Positions 58,938 to 64,000 of a DNA stretch of 64,000 nucleotides are shown piece after piece. Every line of letters begins with the position of its first letter. Position 1 is the stretch's first letter. The translations under genes and the position numbers were made by a program. The stretch lies in assembly GCA_004524445.1 (NCBI GenBank), contig SDNP01000006.1, positions 1-64,000 on the forward strand. The letters run 5' to 3'. Under the pieces are notes generated by a model. That model searched no databases, was not told the origin of the DNA, and worked only from the letters and a program-made list of their open reading frames with translations. The DNA comes from Candidatus Thorarchaeota archaeon (GTDB taxonomy: Archaea > Asgardarchaeota > Thorarchaeia > Thorarchaeales > Thorarchaeaceae).

Positions 58938-60065
58938 ATGACGACTGCAAATCAAAACACAGAAACTAAGCGGGTTAGGATTCCTGTTGGACCTGTCCAT
59001 CCTGCCCTAAAAGAACCGGTTCAGTTTAATATTGTCTTAGATAAAGACCACCTTGGCGAAGTAGACATTCGTGTTGGTTTTGCTCACCGAGGCATAGAGG
59101 CATTGGCTGAAACCCGGAATCTAATGCAGAACATATTTCTTGCAGAAAGAATATGTGGTATCTGCTCAAATTGCCATGCGATTTCATATGTCCATGGTGT
59201 TGAGGAGATAGGTGGGATTGAAGTACCCGAACGTGCCAAGTACTTGCGTGTACTCATTTCCGAAATGGAACGTATTCAGAGCCATGTCCTATGGCTTGGG
59301 ATTACAGCTTATGAGATGGGCTTTGAAACTTTGTTCATGTATGCCTTCAAGCACCGAGAGAAAGTGAATAATCTCTTTGAAGAGATTACTGGGAACAGGA
59401 TCCATTATGGAATGAATACTATTGGAGGAGTTCGATATGACATTGACAAAGAGATTTCGGATAGAATCATTTCATTCCTTGGAGAAATGGAGAAATCAGC
59501 ACGCTATATGCAAGATGTTTTTTCGGATAGAACGGCTGTGAAGCGTCTTAAGGGTGTGGGAGTGCTGAGCACTAGTGTTGCTAAAGAACTCAGCTTGGTG
59601 GGACCAACTGCAAGAGCTTCGGGTGTGTCCATTGACGTTCGTAAAGATGACCCATATGCTGCATTTGGAAGCCTACAAGACAGTTTCAGCATAATAACTG
59701 CGAGTGAAGGAGATAGCCTTGCTCGGGTTCATGTGAGGAATTTAGAATTATTCGAATCAGCTAATCTCATTAGGACAGTCCTAGACGAATTACCAAGTGG
59801 TTCCATAGTTGCTGATGGAAGTGCCCAGAAACGCATGCGAAGCATTCCTGCAGGTGAGGCTGTTTCTCGTGTAGAAGCACCAAGAGGCGAACTAATCCAC
59901 TATGTGAAAACAGATGGAAAGCAAGGAATAGAAAGATTGAAAGTCAGGTCGCCAACACTTGCTAATATCCTCAGCATAAAACCAATGCTTAAGGGCAGCG
60001 AGATGGCTGACATCCCTGTGATTGTATCTTCGATTGACCCCTGCATTAGCTGTACTGATAGGTAA
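58938..60065 (+). CDS. Group 4 [NiFe]-hydrogenase large subunit (EchE/MbhL-like)
   Basis: GPVHPALKEP, ERICGIC, EAPRGE and DPCISCTDR; all four Ni-ligating Cys present. Confidence 0.93.
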   Translation: MTTANQNTETKRVRIPVGPVHPALKEPVQFNIVLDKDHLGEVDIRVGFAHRGIEALAETRNLMQNIFLAERICGICSNCHAISYVHGVEEIGGIEVPERAKYLRVLISEMERIQSHVLWLGITAYEMGFETLFMYAFKHREKVNNLFEEITGNRIHYGMNTIGGVRYDIDKEISDRIISFLGEMEKSARYMQDVFSDRTAVKRLKGVGVLSTSVAKELSLVGPTARASGVSIDVRKDDPYAAFGSLQDSFSIITASEGDSLARVHVRNLELFESANLIRTVLDELPSGSIVADGSAQKRMRSIPAGEAVSRVEAPRGELIHYVKTDGKQGIERLKVRSPTLANILSIKPMLKGSEMADIPVIVSSIDPCISCTDR

Positions 60066-60082
60066 ACGGAGATGTTTAACAG

Positions 60083-61036
60083 ATGGTTGAAGGAGTTATA
60101 GCCATAATCATCACTGTTCTGCTGATTCCAGCTGTTATTGTTCTCGGATTGCTTTTCGAGGGTATGGATAGAAAACTCCATGCCCGTATGCAAGAAAGAA
60201 TCGGTCCTCCTCTTCTTCAACCCATCTACGATTTCATAAAGCTCTTTGGGAAAGAACAACTGGTACCTGAAGAATCAGCATCATTAATCTTTAGCATTAC
60301 GCCAGTCATTGCCGCTATTTGTCCCATTATAAGCTCGGTTGTGACTCTATCCGCGGTGATTTTCCGCGTCACCTTCATGGGAGATATCATTCTCATTTTG
60401 TATCTTATTAATATGCCATCAATCATGTATGCAATTGGGGGCGCATCTTCTGGAAATCCCTATGGCGCAATAGGTTTTTCCCGCTCACTAACAATGATGC
60501 TGTCATACGAATTGATACTAATCATGTCTTTGGTGCTCACGGTTTTTAAAACTGACTTCACATTGGCGAGCTATACAATTATTCAGGTTCAAGAATCCCT
60601 AAATACTGCAATGGTATGTGCATATCCAAGTATGCTATTTGCTGCTGCATCCTTTTTGGTATGTATTCCTGCAGCTGTTGCAGTTGTCCCTTTTGACATT
60701 CCTGAGGCAAAAACCGAGATTGCACATGGGCCGCTCATCGAGTACACAGGGTCACATCTTGCCTTGATGAAGCTCAGCAAGACCATGCTGGCTTTCAACT
60801 TAACCGTCCTATCCACAATAATATTCTTCAATCATCCGTTGGTCTTTTCTTGGGGTGGTGTATATGTTTCAGTTCTCATTCGACTTCTCATCGCATTCGT
60901 TGTTATGTTCTTCACTATTACGTTACCCCGTACAATCTTCGCACGGTCAAAACCATATCAAGCATTCAAGTTCTATTGGCATATGCCCTTTATACTCATA
61001 TTAGTTTCAATCTTTTTCGTCATGATTGGAATGTAG
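60083..61036 (+). CDS. Membrane subunit, NuoH/EchB/MbhM-like
   Basis: DRKLHARMQERIGP..QP..D..KL..KE and PFDIPEA..E....EY. Confidence 0.92.
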   Translation: MVEGVIAIIITVLLIPAVIVLGLLFEGMDRKLHARMQERIGPPLLQPIYDFIKLFGKEQLVPEESASLIFSITPVIAAICPIISSVVTLSAVIFRVTFMGDIILILYLINMPSIMYAIGGASSGNPYGAIGFSRSLTMMLSYELILIMSLVLTVFKTDFTLASYTIIQVQESLNTAMVCAYPSMLFAAASFLVCIPAAVAVVPFDIPEAKTEIAHGPLIEYTGSHLALMKLSKTMLAFNLTVLSTIIFFNHPLVFSWGGVYVSVLIRLLIAFVVMFFTITLPRTIFARSKPYQAFKFYWHMPFILILVSIFFVMIGM

Positions 61037-61384
61037 GTGATGATCCTGAAAATATTACAAATGCTACGTGATTCGATAAATTCGCTCTTGCGCAAGCCTC
61101 TTACAATTCCGTGGGATGCAACCCCTGAAGAGAGAGAACCAGAACCAAAACGTCTTCGTGGGAGGATTGTATACGATATTGATACCTGCATAGGGTGTCT
61201 TTTGTGCACGAAAATGTGTCCATCAGGTGCCATTCTTGTGAAAGAGGACAAGAAGGTAAGGTTTAAGATAGACCGCTGCTTATTTTGCGGTCAGTGTCGG
61301 GATGTTTGCCCAGTTGATGCGATAGAAATGTCATCAAAGTTTGTGTTGACAACACACGATCGAGAAAACCTCTATGTCGAATGA
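61037..61384 (+). CDS. 2x[4Fe-4S] subunit, NuoI/EchF/MbhN-like
   Basis: CIGCLLC..CP and CLFCGQC..CP. Confidence 0.9.
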   Translation: MMILKILQMLRDSINSLLRKPLTIPWDATPEEREPEPKRLRGRIVYDIDTCIGCLLCTKMCPSGAILVKEDKKVRFKIDRCLFCGQCRDVCPVDAIEMSSKFVLTTHDRENLYVE

Positions 61385-61420
61385 ATTTGATATCAACTAA
61401 CCAAATAGTGAGGTCTATAA

Positions 61421-61891
61421 TTGAGTCAAGAAACTATAATATTGGTTTTAGAAAACCTTGTATATCACTCAACCGAACACGCTTTTCTGAGCGACCTTTT
61501 GGAGGAAAAATACGGATTCACGAAAGTTGAAGATGATACACAAGAAGTTTCCAAAGAACAAAAGCCTGTAAAGAAGTCATCCAAACTCGAAGCTGATGAC
61601 AAAACGATAAGAACAGATGTGATAAGGTACTCAAAACATGAAAAGCTGGCAGGTGACTACCTTGACGCAAACATACGGGTTAGTATTCTTGGAGATGTTA
61701 CCTCAACTCACACAATCCTCCAAATCAATTCCGACGAAAAGCAATCTACCTATTCGACTGTGTACCAGACGGTCAGAATTAGTAGCGAAAGTGGCTATGC
61801 AATTGAGAAAATGATTGACAGGCTGGTTGTCGATTTGGGACTTGTTATTGACAAAAAGAAATGGTCATTTCATCGTGTTAAAGATCTATAG
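61421..61891 (+). CDS. Hypothetical soluble protein at the end of the hydrogenase operon
   Basis: GAGGT SD before a TTG start; 36 nt after the ferredoxin subunit. Confidence 0.6.
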   Translation: MSQETIILVLENLVYHSTEHAFLSDLLEEKYGFTKVEDDTQEVSKEQKPVKKSSKLEADDKTIRTDVIRYSKHEKLAGDYLDANIRVSILGDVTSTHTILQINSDEKQSTYSTVYQTVRISSESGYAIEKMIDRLVVDLGLVIDKKKWSFHRVKDL

Positions 61892-62296
61892 ACTGCAAGG
61901 ATGTCTACAAAGATTCATCACTAATCATGCACTGATGGAGCGTTTCGAAATCATCTACATATACCGTTTTCAATGAAACCGCATGAAGGCTATGCATGGA
62001 GCGGCTGTAAAGAATCTGGATATTAACTGATTATATGCTATGGATTGTCAGCGGATTCCATGCATTCTCGTTTACACTCATGAATGTTTAATGCATTCCA
62101 TGGCATCATAGAGCCCGCCTTTTGTTGTTTTCTTATAGGTTCTCAACTCATTCATGTGAAAGTGTGCACAAATTATAGCTAGGCGGCACCTAAGCATTAG
62201 ATGCAATGCCATGGACCACCCTGAAAGAATCAAGTGCCAATAATCAATCGATTCTGTTCGAGTTTCTAATACTGCATATCTTTGAAAGCCATTTGC

Positions 62297-63769
62297 TTAA
62301 ATTATGAACGCCAGGAACAAATGAGGTATTAGCCCAAACACAATAATGATGCAGGCTGTAATAATCGCAGGAATCCACATTTCCTTAGGGGTTTCTCTCA
62401 CATCTTTCAGCGCGTCTTTCAATGTACCTGTAAAAATCGTATGAAAGGACCTGATAAGAAATACAAATGCAAACAACGAGGTTATCATGAGCACCAAGAC
62501 AACGCTTGCTGCTAGCATAATGCCTACATTAGTAAGAAGATGCTGATAGATCGCCTCAAAGAGGAACCATTTTGTGAAGAAACCACTCAGGGGAGCAATG
62601 CCAGCTAATGACAGGATCGATATCAGGTATGCTGCTGAAGTGAGTTTCATCCTTTTTCCCAATCCTCCGAGAGATGGCATATCCATAGTACCTGTTGAAA
62701 TAAGTACGGATCCCAAGGTTAGAAGTATGCCCAGTTTCATAATTGAAACATTCATCAGATAAAGCTGTCCGACTGCATAGCTGAATGGGGTCAGTACACC
62801 AAAGATTATCATAATATAACCAAATTCCTCGATGGTGGCATAGGCGACCATTCTCATGAAATTCTTTTGAGCATATGCCATCGATGCACCGAATATGAGA
62901 GAGAATGCTCCAACGCTTGTCACCAGAATGGGCAAAACTACAGATGGCGAAACGGTATACAAAGTCTGGATCAGCCTGTGCAATGCGATGAACAAGGCTA
63001 TAGGCTCGGCCGCAAAGAAACAATTTACAGCAGGTTTTGAGGCGGGGAATGCATCGGGTAACCAGCCATGAAATGGAGCAATCCCGATATCCGCTCCAAG
63101 ACCAGCAATAAAGCATATGGCAACGATTACTACAACTGTGGGGCTATCTGCAAGTGGACCAGGATTTGCCAGAATCTCATCAATATTTGAGGCCTGTGTT
63201 GTTATGTAGATTAACATCGTGCCTAGAATAACGAACAGAGCGCTAATAGCTGTGATAATGAGATACTTGAATGATGCCTCCACTGCTTCCTTTCCTTTGG
63301 CATGCAATACCATTACTACCGACACTGCAATCACTAGCTCGATGAAAAGAGCCACTGCAAAAATATCGTAGACAAGCATCAATCCCAACATGCAAATTAA
63401 GAACATCAAAACGAAAAAATTGTAGACTTCTGGTTTCAGCCGCCCTCCTTTTTCCGCCTTGATATTGTAAATGGAAGTCAGAAAGAAAATCAGGGCCGTT
63501 GCAATTGAGGGTGCTATATTAGTTGATTCTAATCGCATAGATAACAAAGAGAATTCATAGACCGCTCCAGTAAATAGAATCGGAGCATGATAGATAAGAA
63601 GAAGCAAGGTCAAACCTGTTCCCAATAGAAGAGAAGGTTTCTCGATCTGCTTGAAGGTTTCTTGAAGACGAGATAACCTAGCAATTCCTACACCAAACAC
63701 TGCTATCCCCGCTGGTATGCCAAGGATAATCAAGGGAACAGGTGAAGTCACAGTAAAAGTTGCCTCCAT
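62297..63769 (-). CDS. Antiporter-like membrane subunit (MrpD/MbhH/NuoL-M-N family)
   Basis: EASFKYL, PFHGWLPDA, LGGL, SLAGIAPLSGF.TKW; about 14 TMs. Confidence 0.9.
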   Translation of the reverse strand: MEATFTVTSPVPLIILGIPAGIAVFGVGIARLSRLQETFKQIEKPSLLLGTGLTLLLLIYHAPILFTGAVYEFSLLSMRLESTNIAPSIATALIFFLTSIYNIKAEKGGRLKPEVYNFFVLMFLICMLGLMLVYDIFAVALFIELVIAVSVVMVLHAKGKEAVEASFKYLIITAISALFVILGTMLIYITTQASNIDEILANPGPLADSPTVVVIVAICFIAGLGADIGIAPFHGWLPDAFPASKPAVNCFFAAEPIALFIALHRLIQTLYTVSPSVVLPILVTSVGAFSLIFGASMAYAQKNFMRMVAYATIEEFGYIMIIFGVLTPFSYAVGQLYLMNVSIMKLGILLTLGSVLISTGTMDMPSLGGLGKRMKLTSAAYLISILSLAGIAPLSGFFTKWFLFEAIYQHLLTNVGIMLAASVVLVLMITSLFAFVFLIRSFHTIFTGTLKDALKDVRETPKEMWIPAIITACIIIVFGLIPHLFLAFII

Positions 63770-63999
63770 TCTGAAATAGATAACACGCCATATTCACGAT
63801 ATCCATGATATATGATAAACACCCCTACGAGATTCACCAAATTGACGACAAGAAGCAGAGGTGGGATTATTAATAATGGAGCTTGTTCGAAGAAGGGGAA
63901 TAATGCCGTTTCAGCTATGTTGAGCCCTACAAGAACCTTGAATGGATCATCGCGAGTTAGAATAAACACGAAGTCAATAGAGAGTACAAGGATGATAGG
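63748..63999 (-). CDS. Small membrane subunit (MrpC/NuoK-like), 5'-truncated
   Basis: The frame stays open to the window end; RDDPFKVLVGLNIAE pattern; overlaps the MrpD-like start. Confidence 0.55.
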   Translation of the reverse strand, partial: PIILVLSIDFVFILTRDDPFKVLVGLNIAETALFPFFEQAPLLIIPPLLLVVNLVNLVGVFIIYHGYREYGVLSISEWRQLLL

Positions 64000-64000
64000 T

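Noticed and set aside
51343-60065. Selenoproteins among the Fe-S and hydrogenase genes
   Set aside because: All metal-ligand positions are ordinary Cys codons in uninterrupted ORFs.
255-63116. Numerous short antisense or overlapping ORFs in the six-frame track
   Set aside because: They are shadows of well-supported genes on the opposite strand or in another frame and carry no motifs of their own.

Overview
Archaeal chromosomal window, most likely an Asgard archaeon of the Thorarchaeia type. This is an inference from archaeal information and lipid genes (radA, topoisomerase VI, aRF1, archaeal PheST, geranylgeranyl reductase, cofE) occurring with eukaryotic-signature proteins (two Rab-like GTPases, a roadblock/LC7 protein). 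Most of the window is housekeeping or metabolic: a membrane-anchored S8 protease, grpE-dnaK-dnaJ, top6B/top6A, radA, purA, pheST, aRF1, ino1, an SCP2 + twin FAD-oxidoreductase + CCG Fe-S operon, rubrerythrin, and a group 4 membrane [NiFe]-hydrogenase split across two convergent operons. I saw no CRISPR array, tRNA, rRNA or transposase. The most unusual signals are: (1) an unannotated, highly structured ~228-nt ncRNA candidate (50457-50684) with its own TATA-like box and U-tract; (2) a Cas4-like nuclease split into two adjacent genes, each with a membrane anchor; (3) Top6A fused to four tandem (HhH)2 DNA-binding modules; (4) a circularly permuted family-5 solute-binding protein; (5) an aromatic-rich mini-ORF (MCRQFYYAR) upstream of pheST; (6) a ~210-bp structured insert that interrupts a P-type ATPase pseudogene. 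All assignments come from motif recognition by eye; no database search or folding program was run.
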